Notes: generated from the sequence alone by a model not told the origin. A stretch of DNA of 33,707 bases from Candidatus Woesearchaeota archaeon (GCA_003695265.1 RFII01000037.1:1-33707), one strand, 5' to 3'. Positions 1-9,934 are shown, numbered from the stretch's first letter. Numbers and translations: made by a program.

Positions 1-1
1 A

Positions 2-973
2 ACAGCACAAATCATCTACCTAAACCAAAACACAACCAACAACAAAACACCCCTAGAAATAACATACTCACAACCACAAAGCAAACAAGCAATATTCGTT
101 GCGCGGAAATCTGTAAGCTTTGAAGATGTTTGTGTGGAGACATGTGCTGTTAATTTCACTGACACAAATTATGAGGTGAGGTTTGAGGTTAGTAATGCCA
201 CTTTGCATATCATCAACATAAGCTACACAACAACACAGAATATTAGGGTTCCTGAAAACGTGACCTTAATAATCCAAGGCAACGAGACCATCTTCATAAA
301 CAACACTTTGCTAAACGCTTCCATAAGCGCGGGCTTAAAATCAATGCTGAATTACAGTGACATTGATGCCGGAAGCTTATGGGTCCTCTCAAAAATAAAT
401 GAGATTCAGCCTTCAAACGAGATAACCAGCAGAATAAATTATTATATGTATGATGAGTCGGATGAAGAGGCGCCGATTTTTAAGTTTATTAGGAAACAAG
501 AAATAACGAGTAGTGATGTTCCAGATAAGTTGTGGAGCATCCAATACACGTCCGACTTCCTAAAGGTGTGGATGTGCAGGTCTGAGCCGATTGATGAGAA
601 ATTCTTAGCAGGGCTTGAGCAGAGAACAGTAGAAAAGTTTGAGGAGTACAAGGACTTGCATGTCCTGCTCGCTTATGTTTGGGCAAAGGAGCTCGGATGC
701 TACGAACCAGAAGTGCTTGACCCGCTTATCAGTAAGAAAGTATCCGAGATACTGAGCAAGAGCACTGACGGCTTGTCGATTGACGTGGTTGCTGAGCGAG
801 CAGCTGTTGTTCAGTACGCAGGCTACCGGATACCACCAAGCCTTGTTGAATACCTGCTGGTAACGCAGAACATTGATGGCGGCTGGTCATCTGATATTGA
901 GAGCAGCTCAAATCCGCACACAACCAGCCTTGCTATTTGGGCTTTAGTACAATGGAGAGAGAATAATGAATAA
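2..973 (+). CDS. 5'-truncated surface/secreted protein with a C-terminal alpha-helical prenyltransferase/squalene-oxidase-repeat-like region
   Basis: The frame is open from base 2 (TAQIIYLNQNTT...FEDVCVETC), so the 134 start is internal. Many N-x-S/T sequons. The C-terminus has a QW-like motif LLVTQNIDGGW...HTTSLAIWAL. Overlaps the next gene by 8 nt. Confidence 0.65.
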   Translation, partial: TAQIIYLNQNTTNNKTPLEITYSQPQSKQAIFVARKSVSFEDVCVETCAVNFTDTNYEVRFEVSNATLHIINISYTTTQNIRVPENVTLIIQGNETIFINNTLLNASISAGLKSMLNYSDIDAGSLWVLSKINEIQPSNEITSRINYYMYDESDEEAPIFKFIRKQEITSSDVPDKLWSIQYTSDFLKVWMCRSEPIDEKFLAGLEQRTVEKFEEYKDLHVLLAYVWAKELGCYEPEVLDPLISKKVSEILSKSTDGLSIDVVAERAAVVQYAGYRIPPSLVEYLLVTQNIDGGWSSDIESSSNPHTTSLAIWALVQWRENNE

Positions 974-3900
974 GAGACTGGGAATATTTTGGATTATGGC
1001 ATTTTTTGTTCTGATTAGCTTGAAGAGTGTTATTCCCACGAACCCTACTTGTAATATTAATTCAGTTAGCATTTTATGCACGAACAGCTGCAAATGGAAC
1101 GTTGGTGAAGCAAAAAACGTAGGATGTTCTATAGATTGGGCCATGCCATTTCTTAGCATATGCACAGCTCCTGACGCAATTTGGACAGATAGAACTAGCG
1201 GGTCTTGGAGCATGATCCCATCTATTGACACGGACGTTGATTGCAACGGCGCATCATGCAAATATTCTCAAATACCGGACACAGCTTGGGAATACAAGTT
1301 GATTAAGTGCGAAAGCGCTGGCCAGTACCAAATAAGATGCAGTGATAAAGGAGGGGCTCATTACAGCAGCACTAAAACATTAACGTGCGTAGGAATCCCT
1401 AACGCAACGCAGGACAGTCCCCCAAATAGTTATATTGATACTGATGGCAATGTCACTTTTGTGTGTAATGCTTCAGCAACAAACAATCTGAAAAATATTT
1501 CATTAATCGGAAACTTTAGCGGCACTTTCGGCATTAACTCAACAAACATTGTGAGCGGAACTTTCAACACAACAAACTTCACCCTTGAAAACATTGCTGA
1601 CGGCGCGTATGTGTGGAACTGCAACGCTAGCGACAATGAGTCGAACTCAGACGTAGGGGACACGAATTACACCTTGTACGTTTACTGCAACCCACCTGCT
1701 GGAGGTGACTGGACGCCGCCTATTGGAGAAGGAAACGCCACTTGCCAAGATATTTCAGAAATGGTTAATTCCTTAACAATACCTTCAGGCCTCAAATTTG
1801 AGCTCATAAACGCTACAATAAACACGAAAAACCTTACAATCAAGCCAGGAGGCTCACTAATCATAAGAGATTCTCATAGCACTATTTGGCTTAACTCAAA
1901 CTTAACAGTGGAGGGAAACTTCACCCTTGACAATTCCACTATGCGCGTCAACAGCAGCTATAATGGTGAATACAACATAATTGTCCTGAGCGGCGGAAGA
2001 ATGATTGTTGCTAATAACAGCAACATAACAGAGGGCGAATTCACAAGCAATTACAGGTTCTGGGCTGAGTACGGCTCATACCTTGAAATAACAGATTCTG
2101 TTATTGAGGACGTGGGCTGGGATCAAAGCGGGTATCATAGGAATGAGAGCATATTCGTTAACTCGTCTGCTGTGATAAGAAACACGACTATCACAGATGG
2201 CTATGGCGGTGTGTATTTGGGACCCGGCTCAAATGGGAGCAACATAACAAACAACATTTTTGACCCGGGCTCAAGCGCTGGTATAACAGCAATTTTAGCT
2301 AACGGCTCCGGCTTCCACAACATTTCAAACAATTACATAACAGGATTTAATGCTGGAGGAAGCATCAGCATGCATTTCGTGAATTCTGACAACAACATTA
2401 TAAGTGAAAACACCCTCTATAATACAAGCAAGGCACCATCAGATGTTAAAGGGGTTGTATTCTTTAACTCAAACAACAACACATTTTTCAACAACAACTT
2501 AACTGATATTGGTGTCGGAGTATGTGCATCAGGGAACGGCTACGGCATAATAATAGACTCATCATACGGAAACCTAATAGACAACAACACGTTGTATGAC
2601 ATCAGCGAATGCAACGGAGTGTCATTCGGAATATTGGTTAATAACAGCGGCCAGAACAACACAATAAGCAACAACAACATAAACCAGACTGTTGATGATG
2701 GAATATACGTAACAAACTCAACATACACTTACATTTTGAACAACACTATTTTTAACACGAGCGATGACGGCATTGAGCTGATGCCGGGCTCTGACCACTC
2801 AAACATAAGCGGAAACACAATCATCTCGGCCAACATTTCAGGAATCGATATCTTGACTAATAATAGTGTAGTTTATAATAATTTCATTAATGGGGACAGT
2901 GACAGCACAAGCGGCTTAACCATCAGTAGCGGATCTAGTGTAGAGAATATTACCATAAGGGGCTTAACATTGGGCAATATAACAATTACGGCGATAAACT
3001 TGAGTGACAACAGCAATAACATAACAATAAGGGATGCGTATTATACAGATTCATCCGCAAATACTGGATTAAGTGTTAGAAGCAATGTATTAATGATTGA
3101 CTCAAACCCGACAGGATCGACAAACAACATAAGGTTTGTGTCTGGAACAGCAGCTAACCTCACCACAATTAATGTCACAGAAATCCCGGCTTCAGTTGAG
3201 GCAGGCCAGCACCACTGGAGGAAATGGTGGGTTTATATAACAGTGCAGGACGAGGCTGGAAGGCCGGTAGAGAACGCTAATGTGACTGTGTGGGACAAGG
3301 ACAATAACGAGGTTGAAAACTTCCTGACGCCGGCAGACGGCAGGAGAAATTTGAACCTTACAGAATACCATAGGTATTACAGCGGCGGAGAAGTTTACTT
3401 TTATTATTCTAATTACACAATCAATGCTACGAAGTACGGCTCGTTGGCATCTGAGAAAGTTAATCTTACTGGAAACATTAACTTAATATTGACTCTTCCA
3501 AATGATCCGCCATCAACGCCAACACCTTCATTAACAAGCGAGAACGGCACGAACACAACATTAGAATATCTCAACTGCTCAGCTTTGATAACAGATGCCA
3601 ATAATGATTCTATGAACGTAACAGTAAAATGGTATAATAATTCAGTTCTATGGATGACTGTTAACTACTTCAACAGCTACGCAAACGGCACACTATTCAA
3701 CGCAACACTCGCAAGCTCAAACACAACATTAGGAGACGTGTGGAGCTGCAGTATAATGCTTAATGACAGCATGAACGTATCAGCCTGGGGGAACTCAAAC
3801 AACGTGACAATAATAGACACAACACCACCAACAATAACATGGGAAAACCCAACACCAAACAACGCAACAATAACAAACAACAACTACGCATACCTAAACA

Positions 3901-6900
3901 CAACAATAACAGACACACACAACACCTCAGCATTCATCGACTGGAACAGGACATTGATCGGCTATTGGAGCATGGACGCATACAACTCAACAGGCATTTA
4001 CGACAACTCAACCTACACCCATTTCGCGGAATTCATAGGCATTAGCACAGCAAACATTACAGACGCGAAGTATGGGAAGGGGGTTGACCTAGACGGAACA
4101 TCTGATTACCTTAAAGTAAGTGAGGACAATTCCTTAGACCCTGGAACAGATAATTGGACCGTTGAAGTCTGGGCAAAACCCCCCAACTCAAACCAAAGAT
4201 CATTTATTATCTCAAAAAGAACACCTTCTGGCAGTTACGAGCAGTGGGGCATGGGAATATTTGACGCCACAACCAGCTTCCAAGCAGGGCAAAGGCTCAG
4301 ATGCTTGTGGTTAGGGCAGAGCGGTACAGGATACAGGTTTGCGCCTGCCTCAAACTCGGATGTTGCTGACGGCAACTGGCATCATTATGCCTGCGTCTTC
4401 GAGTATGGAAACACAATAAGAATGTACAAGGATGGTGTTGAATTAGCTTCAACGTTCCCTTATGGCGGAGGAACATGGGAATCTATGGACAATAGTGATC
4501 CGCTAGGAATTGGAAGTGATGGTTATGGCAATTATAAGTTTGCAGGCTCAATAGATGAGGTTAGAATTTACCGCAGAGCATTAAGCCCGGAAGAAATCAA
4601 CGCCTCCTACAACAACAACCTTCACAGGTTATACCACAACTTCACAGGACTAAGCAGTGGAACTTACAATTACACAGCATACGCGATAGACCAAGCAGGC
4701 AACCTCCAAATAACAGCAACGAGAAACATAACAATCGACACGACACCGCCAACAATAACCTGGGAAAACCCAACTCCAAGCAATGATGCCATAGTTACGG
4801 ATGAATATGTCTACCTAAACACGACAATAACAGACAGCACAAACACATCAGCATTCATCGACTGGAACAGGAGCCTTGTGGGGTACTGGAGCTTTGATGT
4901 GACCGATGCAACATATGTTTATGATAACTCATCATATGGGCACGACTTAACTTTTGAGGGAGGTCTTGGACAGGCAAATCTGACTCCGGGTGTGTATGGG
5001 AATGCGATAACGATGGATGGGGAAATCGGCATAAACGGCGACTACTTGAAAAGGCCGTTAAACCAAGACTTAAATCTTTCTAACACAAGTTTCACATTCA
5101 TGCTGTGGGTGAACCTGAGGGATACGGACGCTACAAGTTACGTCTTGACGTATGGAACTTCATCTCATACGTTTATGTACATTGGCGGCGGAGGAACGCC
5201 CGCCCTCAGAGTTGGGAACGGCACTGCCACGACAACGCTCGCGGCAGGAAGCGTGGCGAAGAACACGTGGACGCACCTTGCTTACCAGCTCGAGAAGGTA
5301 AGGGATAAGAATTTTACTATGAGAATATTCGTGAATGGAGTGCTTGCAGGCTCCAAAAGCACGACAATTGTGAACACCAACCCATATACTGAACCTTTAA
5401 GGCTCGGCTCTTATTATACTAATATTAATCATTTCAATGGATCTATGGATGAGGCCATGCTGTTCAGGCGCGCCCTCTCACCTGAAGAAATCAACGCCTC
5501 TTACAACAACAACCTTCACAGGCTCTACCACAACTTCACAAACCTTAGCAAAGGAACATATAACTACACCGCATACGCGATAGACCAAGTAGGCAACCTC
5601 CAAAAAACAGCAACGAGAAACGTGACAATTAACATTGTTCCTGCAACGCCAAGCCCAACATTAACAAGCGAGAACGGCACGAATTACACAACAGAGTATT
5701 TGAACTGCTCAGAAGTGCTAATTGATGGTGATGGGGATGCGATGAACGTTTCTGTCAAGTGGTACAACAACTCAGTTCTCTGGCTAACAGTTGATTACAA
5801 CAACAGCTACGCAAACGGCACACTATTCAACGCGACACTCGCAAGCTCAAACACTACAAAAGGCCAGAACTGGACTTGCGGAATGCAGACAAGCGACGGC
5901 TTAAACTCAAGCAGCTGGGCGAACTCAAGCGTTTTGATAATTGCGAATTCCCCACCAGTCATGCAGTCTCCAAGGATAGCGCCTGACCCTGCTTACACTA
6001 ATGACACCCTGCAAGGTTACTGTAATGCTACGGACGCTGACGGCGACACAGTCAATTATTATTATAAGTGGTTTAATGAAAGCGTGGAATTAAGCAGCGG
6101 CCGCGCAACGACAATGATAGAGGATGACACAGAAGACGCTGCTGCTTATGATGGTAATATCCAAAACCCAACTTATGCTTACGATGAAATATGGACTACT
6201 CGTGCAAAAGTATTAGGCCTTGGCGCTTCTGGAAACATTTACATCAATTACACAATCCCAAGCAATGTAATAAATGCGCAGCAAGAAGTCAAGTATACCA
6301 GCTCAGGCTGCAGCAACACTAATTATATATATTGTTATAATGGAAGCCAATGGATAATAATTGATTCGTGGTCAGGAATAATTAACACTATTAAGAATAT
6401 TTCATTAGACCAGAGCTGCATTGACAGCAATAACGGCGTTTTGGAGGAAAAGATTCATCTGGATTGTGATGTAAATCCAGGCCCAGAATCTTATTTCTTT
6501 GAGGAAAAGGTCTGGTGGAACAAATCAGTGTATTACACAGAGTCAGTAGAGAAGAACGTCAACAATTACACGCAAGCAGCGCAGCAGAAAGGCGAGAACT
6601 GGACTTATTCCTGCTTAGCATTTGATGGAACAGACAATGCGAGCAGCTGGGCAAATTATTCATTGATAATACAGAACCTGCCGCCAAACACAGTAACGCC
6701 TAGCATCACCAGCGAGAACGGAACTAATTACACGACAGAATACCTGAACTGCTCAGCCACTTTGCTGGATGGCGACGCTGATGCCATGAATGTCAGCGTG
6801 CTTTGGTACAACAACTCAGTTCTCTGGCTAACAGTTGATTACAACAACAGCTACGCGAACGGCACTCTTTTTAATGCAACGCTAGCAAGCTCAAACACCA

Positions 6901-7721
6901 CAAAAGGCCAGAACTGGAGCTGCGCTCTCAACGTAAGCGACGGCACGAACTACACATTGTCGCTTAACTCAAGCAACCTCACAATTGCTAATACGCCGCC
7001 CTCCAATGTCACTTTGATTTTCCCGAACAACGGCAATGACACACTGCTTGACAGGACTCCAACCTTTAACTGGAGCGCCGCAACTGACCCTGACAATGAC
7101 GTGATAAATTACACGCTAAATGTGACTTGCCCGACGTGCTCAGCAGAAATAAACGTAGTGGTATCAAACGACACTAATTACACACCTTCAATAGAACTTG
7201 ACCTTGACAAGGTGTATTATTGGAATGTAACCACTAATGACGGCACTGACTCGGGCGGAACTTCAGAGACATGGAATTTCACGATACTCTCAACGAGCAT
7301 AATAATGGTTAACGGATCGGTTAATTTCAGCAATATGCAGCTTTTGGAGTATGATAATACCTCAGATGACAATCCTCCTCCTTTTGTTGTTGAGAACAAT
7401 GGCAACGTATTAGTTAATGTTACTGTGTACGCTCAGAGCTCTCTTTGGGACACTGTTGGCTTGAACACCACTTATTTCATGGCAAAGGCTGACAACCACA
7501 CAGCAGAGCTCGGCTCGTTCAGGTACGACCTCTCGCAAACAACATACACTCCAATCCAGAACGTTACTTACAAGGAAAGGTACATCTCATACCTGAATTA
7601 TTCTGACTCGAACGACCTTGCCGAGCTAGACATTGCTGTCCAGGTTCCTGATGCGGAGCCTGCCGGCAACAAATCATCAGTACTAGTATTTGAGGCGACT
7701 GCCTCAGGCAATCCACCATGA
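966..7721 (+). CDS. Giant (2251 aa) secreted multidomain adhesin/surface glycoprotein: Cys-rich N-terminus, right-handed beta-helix repeats, Ig-like repeats, two LamG/ConA-like domains, C-terminal pilin-like domain
   Basis: Signal peptide; PbH1/NosD-like repeats (NNTISNNNI, GIYVTNS); LamG motifs (GYWSMD, WHHYACV, GSIDEVRIYRRALSPEEI) twice; DADGD-containing Ig-like repeats; dense sequons; no C-terminal TM anchor. Confidence 0.85.
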   Translation: MNKRLGIFWIMAFFVLISLKSVIPTNPTCNINSVSILCTNSCKWNVGEAKNVGCSIDWAMPFLSICTAPDAIWTDRTSGSWSMIPSIDTDVDCNGASCKYSQIPDTAWEYKLIKCESAGQYQIRCSDKGGAHYSSTKTLTCVGIPNATQDSPPNSYIDTDGNVTFVCNASATNNLKNISLIGNFSGTFGINSTNIVSGTFNTTNFTLENIADGAYVWNCNASDNESNSDVGDTNYTLYVYCNPPAGGDWTPPIGEGNATCQDISEMVNSLTIPSGLKFELINATINTKNLTIKPGGSLIIRDSHSTIWLNSNLTVEGNFTLDNSTMRVNSSYNGEYNIIVLSGGRMIVANNSNITEGEFTSNYRFWAEYGSYLEITDSVIEDVGWDQSGYHRNESIFVNSSAVIRNTTITDGYGGVYLGPGSNGSNITNNIFDPGSSAGITAILANGSGFHNISNNYITGFNAGGSISMHFVNSDNNIISENTLYNTSKAPSDVKGVVFFNSNNNTFFNNNLTDIGVGVCASGNGYGIIIDSSYGNLIDNNTLYDISECNGVSFGILVNNSGQNNTISNNNINQTVDDGIYVTNSTYTYILNNTIFNTSDDGIELMPGSDHSNISGNTIISANISGIDILTNNSVVYNNFINGDSDSTSGLTISSGSSVENITIRGLTLGNITITAINLSDNSNNITIRDAYYTDSSANTGLSVRSNVLMIDSNPTGSTNNIRFVSGTAANLTTINVTEIPASVEAGQHHWRKWWVYITVQDEAGRPVENANVTVWDKDNNEVENFLTPADGRRNLNLTEYHRYYSGGEVYFYYSNYTINATKYGSLASEKVNLTGNINLILTLPNDPPSTPTPSLTSENGTNTTLEYLNCSALITDANNDSMNVTVKWYNNSVLWMTVNYFNSYANGTLFNATLASSNTTLGDVWSCSIMLNDSMNVSAWGNSNNVTIIDTTPPTITWENPTPNNATITNNNYAYLNTTITDTHNTSAFIDWNRTLIGYWSMDAYNSTGIYDNSTYTHFAEFIGISTANITDAKYGKGVDLDGTSDYLKVSEDNSLDPGTDNWTVEVWAKPPNSNQRSFIISKRTPSGSYEQWGMGIFDATTSFQAGQRLRCLWLGQSGTGYRFAPASNSDVADGNWHHYACVFEYGNTIRMYKDGVELASTFPYGGGTWESMDNSDPLGIGSDGYGNYKFAGSIDEVRIYRRALSPEEINASYNNNLHRLYHNFTGLSSGTYNYTAYAIDQAGNLQITATRNITIDTTPPTITWENPTPSNDAIVTDEYVYLNTTITDSTNTSAFIDWNRSLVGYWSFDVTDATYVYDNSSYGHDLTFEGGLGQANLTPGVYGNAITMDGEIGINGDYLKRPLNQDLNLSNTSFTFMLWVNLRDTDATSYVLTYGTSSHTFMYIGGGGTPALRVGNGTATTTLAAGSVAKNTWTHLAYQLEKVRDKNFTMRIFVNGVLAGSKSTTIVNTNPYTEPLRLGSYYTNINHFNGSMDEAMLFRRALSPEEINASYNNNLHRLYHNFTNLSKGTYNYTAYAIDQVGNLQKTATRNVTINIVPATPSPTLTSENGTNYTTEYLNCSEVLIDGDGDAMNVSVKWYNNSVLWLTVDYNNSYANGTLFNATLASSNTTKGQNWTCGMQTSDGLNSSSWANSSVLIIANSPPVMQSPRIAPDPAYTNDTLQGYCNATDADGDTVNYYYKWFNESVELSSGRATTMIEDDTEDAAAYDGNIQNPTYAYDEIWTTRAKVLGLGASGNIYINYTIPSNVINAQQEVKYTSSGCSNTNYIYCYNGSQWIIIDSWSGIINTIKNISLDQSCIDSNNGVLEEKIHLDCDVNPGPESYFFEEKVWWNKSVYYTESVEKNVNNYTQAAQQKGENWTYSCLAFDGTDNASSWANYSLIIQNLPPNTVTPSITSENGTNYTTEYLNCSATLLDGDADAMNVSVLWYNNSVLWLTVDYNNSYANGTLFNATLASSNTTKGQNWSCALNVSDGTNYTLSLNSSNLTIANTPPSNVTLIFPNNGNDTLLDRTPTFNWSAATDPDNDVINYTLNVTCPTCSAEINVVVSNDTNYTPSIELDLDKVYYWNVTTNDGTDSGGTSETWNFTILSTSIIMVNGSVNFSNMQLLEYDNTSDDNPPPFVVENNGNVLVNVTVYAQSSLWDTVGLNTTYFMAKADNHTAELGSFRYDLSQTTYTPIQNVTYKERYISYLNYSDSNDLAELDIAVQVPDAEPAGNKSSVLVFEATASGNPP
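3510..6990 (+). repeat. Three dispersed ~300-bp intragenic repeats (about 3510-3810, 5640-5945, 6680-6990) encoding Ig-like modules
   Basis: TSENGTN..EYLNCS...WYNNSVLW.TV.Y.NSYANGTLFNATLASSNTT occurs three times. 5760-5812 is identical to 6804-6856 (53 nt). 3671-3724 and 5801-5854 differ at one base. Confidence 0.9.
3813..5630 (+). repeat. Tandem ~0.9-kb duplication (3813-4733, 4734-~5630): Ig-like frame with an inserted LamG domain
   Basis: Both units start IDTTPPTITWENPTP...TSAFIDWNR and end RRALSPEEINASYNNNLHRLYHNFT...YAIDQ.GNLQ.TATRN. The flanks are similar at DNA level and the cores are divergent. Confidence 0.9.
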
Positions 7722-8944
7722 GCAGAACAACATTAAACAGGAATTGCATGCTTGTCTTGGCAGCTTTTGTTATGCTGTTTGCTCTGGCAGGCCAAAGCCT
7801 CGCCCTTGGCGTTGCGCCAACGCAGAAAGTCATTGACTTTGAGCCCGGCCAGACAAAAGAAGTTAAAATCCAGATAATCAATGACCAGCAAAAAGACTTC
7901 AAAGCCATAGTTTATGCCAGGGGTGAGATGGCAAATTATACTAATATTAGGGACAGCTTAGTAACAGTAAAGGCAAATGAGAAAATGAAGGAATTCAGGT
8001 TTAATGTGAGTATGCCAAGCAGCATAGACAAGCCCGGAGACCACGAAGTAGAGATAGTTGTTTTGGAATTTGGCGATGACGTGGAAGAAAAGGCTATTGT
8101 GACGGCAAGGGTCGCGGTTGTGTCAAAGCTTATTGTTCGCGTGCCCTACCCTGGAAAGTACGCAGACGCAAAGCTTTTCATAAACTCTGCAAATGTGAAC
8201 GAAACTGTCACTTTCAAGGTGCCTATTTATAATTTTGGCGATGAGGCAATTGAAGAGGCTTGGGCTGAGATACAAATATTGGGAGCAACGTATGAAGTGA
8301 TAGGTAAAGTTGAGACAAACAGAATAAGGCTAGAGCCAAAATCAGAGAACAGCGTCAAGGCTGGCTGGCTTGCGGATGTGAACGCTGGGGTTTATCATGC
8401 AGTTGCCATAGTTCATTATGATGACAAAACAGTGAGGGTTGAGGAAAACTTTGAGGTTGGGAACCTTCTTGTTGAGGTTGAGAACGTGATAGTTGATGAG
8501 TTCAGATTAGGGGAGATTGCGAAGTTTGATATAATTGTGAAGAACACGTGGAATGAGCTGTTAAAAGATGTTTATGGCGATGTTAAGGTTGTTGATGAGA
8601 AGGGAAGCATTTACACGAATTACAAAACAGCTTCTATTGACATTCCCGCTTATTCGAAAGGTGTGCTTGAGGCTTACTGGGATACAAAGGAAGCGCAGAT
8701 AGGCAAGTATGACCTTGACATAACACTGCATTACAAGGGAAAGACAAGCAGGAAAGTGATTGAAACCCATGTGAATATTGACTCAATAACAACGAAGAGG
8801 ATGCCGACAGCCGAAGTTGTTGGAGCAAAGAGTGGTGCAGGGCCAGAATTCATAAAGCAGAATTCAGTGCTAATAATTTCAGTGATAATCCTTATTATTA
8901 TCAATATTGGCTGGTTCATTTATTTTAAGAAAAGCAAGAAATGA
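7718..8944 (+). CDS. Membrane-anchored multi-Ig-fold surface protein (PapD/DUF916-like N-terminus); paralogue of 9935..11110
   Basis: Signal peptide, then LGVAP..VIDFEPGQTKEV; three beta-rich domains; C-terminal TM helix with a Lys tail. ATGA overlap with the giant gene. Confidence 0.7.
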   Translation: MSRTTLNRNCMLVLAAFVMLFALAGQSLALGVAPTQKVIDFEPGQTKEVKIQIINDQQKDFKAIVYARGEMANYTNIRDSLVTVKANEKMKEFRFNVSMPSSIDKPGDHEVEIVVLEFGDDVEEKAIVTARVAVVSKLIVRVPYPGKYADAKLFINSANVNETVTFKVPIYNFGDEAIEEAWAEIQILGATYEVIGKVETNRIRLEPKSENSVKAGWLADVNAGVYHAVAIVHYDDKTVRVEENFEVGNLLVEVENVIVDEFRLGEIAKFDIIVKNTWNELLKDVYGDVKVVDEKGSIYTNYKTASIDIPAYSKGVLEAYWDTKEAQIGKYDLDITLHYKGKTSRKVIETHVNIDSITTKRMPTAEVVGAKSGAGPEFIKQNSVLIISVIILIIINIGWFIYFKKSKK

Positions 8945-9049
8945 GGTTGCATATAAGGTTGTATAATAAGGTTTTTATTTTTATATAGAAGATATATAGA
9001 AAAATTTATATATTAAGCATAACAAAATTTTTAATTAAGCAGTAAAAAA

Positions 9050-9274
9050 ATGGTGAGTGAAATAAAAGACAGGGAGAAAAAGATATTTATTACTTTAATA
9101 ATTCTTACAATAATAGTTTCTGTCCTAGGAACAGTGATGCTTCTCGAAGTTTCAATGCAGCCTAAACCTAAGACAAACCAGCAGGTCGGCTATGTCACAA
9201 TAGAAATACTGCCTAATCCGAACAAAGCTCCAGACCAGAGAGTGGTTGAGAAAGAAAACCATCAGCCTGGATAA
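9050..9274 (+). CDS. Small membrane protein: one TM helix plus a single beta-strand (VGYVTIEI)
   Basis: TATA-like TTTATATA at ~9005. The N-terminus resembles that of 9290..9910 (IFITLIILTIIVSVLGT vs MIITLLIVTIIVSLGGT). Confidence 0.7.
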   Translation: MVSEIKDREKKIFITLIILTIIVSVLGTVMLLEVSMQPKPKTNQQVGYVTIEILPNPNKAPDQRVVEKENHQPG

Positions 9275-9289
9275 AATGAGGTGTCATGA

Positions 9290-9910
9290 ATGAGAGAGTT
9301 TTCAAACAAGATGATTATTACCCTACTTATTGTCACAATAATTGTTTCTTTGGGCGGCACTCTTATCAGTATAAGTCGCTTGAGCCAGCTAGAGCTTATA
9401 ACTGGAAAGGTTACTGTTGGAAACGTAAGCGTTAATATTACAGAACAAGCAACTCTGAATCTTACCACACCAAACATTGATTTTGGCAATGGATATGTAA
9501 CAGGAGGGTCTAACTGCACTATTAACAGCCAAGATGGAACTGGCTCAAGCACGTGCTGGAGCAACACAGGTGTAGGTGCTAATAGTGGTATAGTAGTTGA
9601 GAACATAGGAAATGTTGGAATCAATGTTAGTGTAACATTTGCTAAGAACGGAACAGATTTTATAGGTGGAACAAACCCTGAGCTAAAATACAAATGCAGG
9701 ACTGATGGAAGCAGCAGTGGAACATCAAGGGCAAGCTCATTCACATTAGTTGACAATACATCCTTGACTTATGAGTGCTGGGCAAACCTCGCTCCAATGA
9801 GCAGTTCTGACTCTTTTTATTTTGATATTAGTTTAAACATACCAGACAATGCTCAGGGGTTAAAGAATAATACTATAACATTCACCGCTGCCAAGAATAT
9901 GACGGGTTAA
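9290..9910 (+). CDS. Secreted single-domain beta protein, candidate major fibre subunit
   Basis: Strong SD (GAGGTG); N-terminal TM, ITGKVTVGNVSVNI strand, IDFG, VVENIGNV, C-terminal DISLNIP...GLKNNTITFTA; four Cys. Confidence 0.75.
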   Translation: MREFSNKMIITLLIVTIIVSLGGTLISISRLSQLELITGKVTVGNVSVNITEQATLNLTTPNIDFGNGYVTGGSNCTINSQDGTGSSTCWSNTGVGANSGIVVENIGNVGINVSVTFAKNGTDFIGGTNPELKYKCRTDGSSSGTSRASSFTLVDNTSLTYECWANLAPMSSSDSFYFDISLNIPDNAQGLKNNTITFTAAKNMTG

Positions 9911-9934
9911 ACCCGTTAAATTCTGGGTGTTTGA

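Noticed and set aside
3813..4880. DGR template/variable repeat pair (AAC-rich copy versus diverged copy)
   Set aside because: Many differences fall at A, but there are also non-A mismatches and many are synonymous. Both copies are in-frame coding and no reverse transcriptase is in the window.
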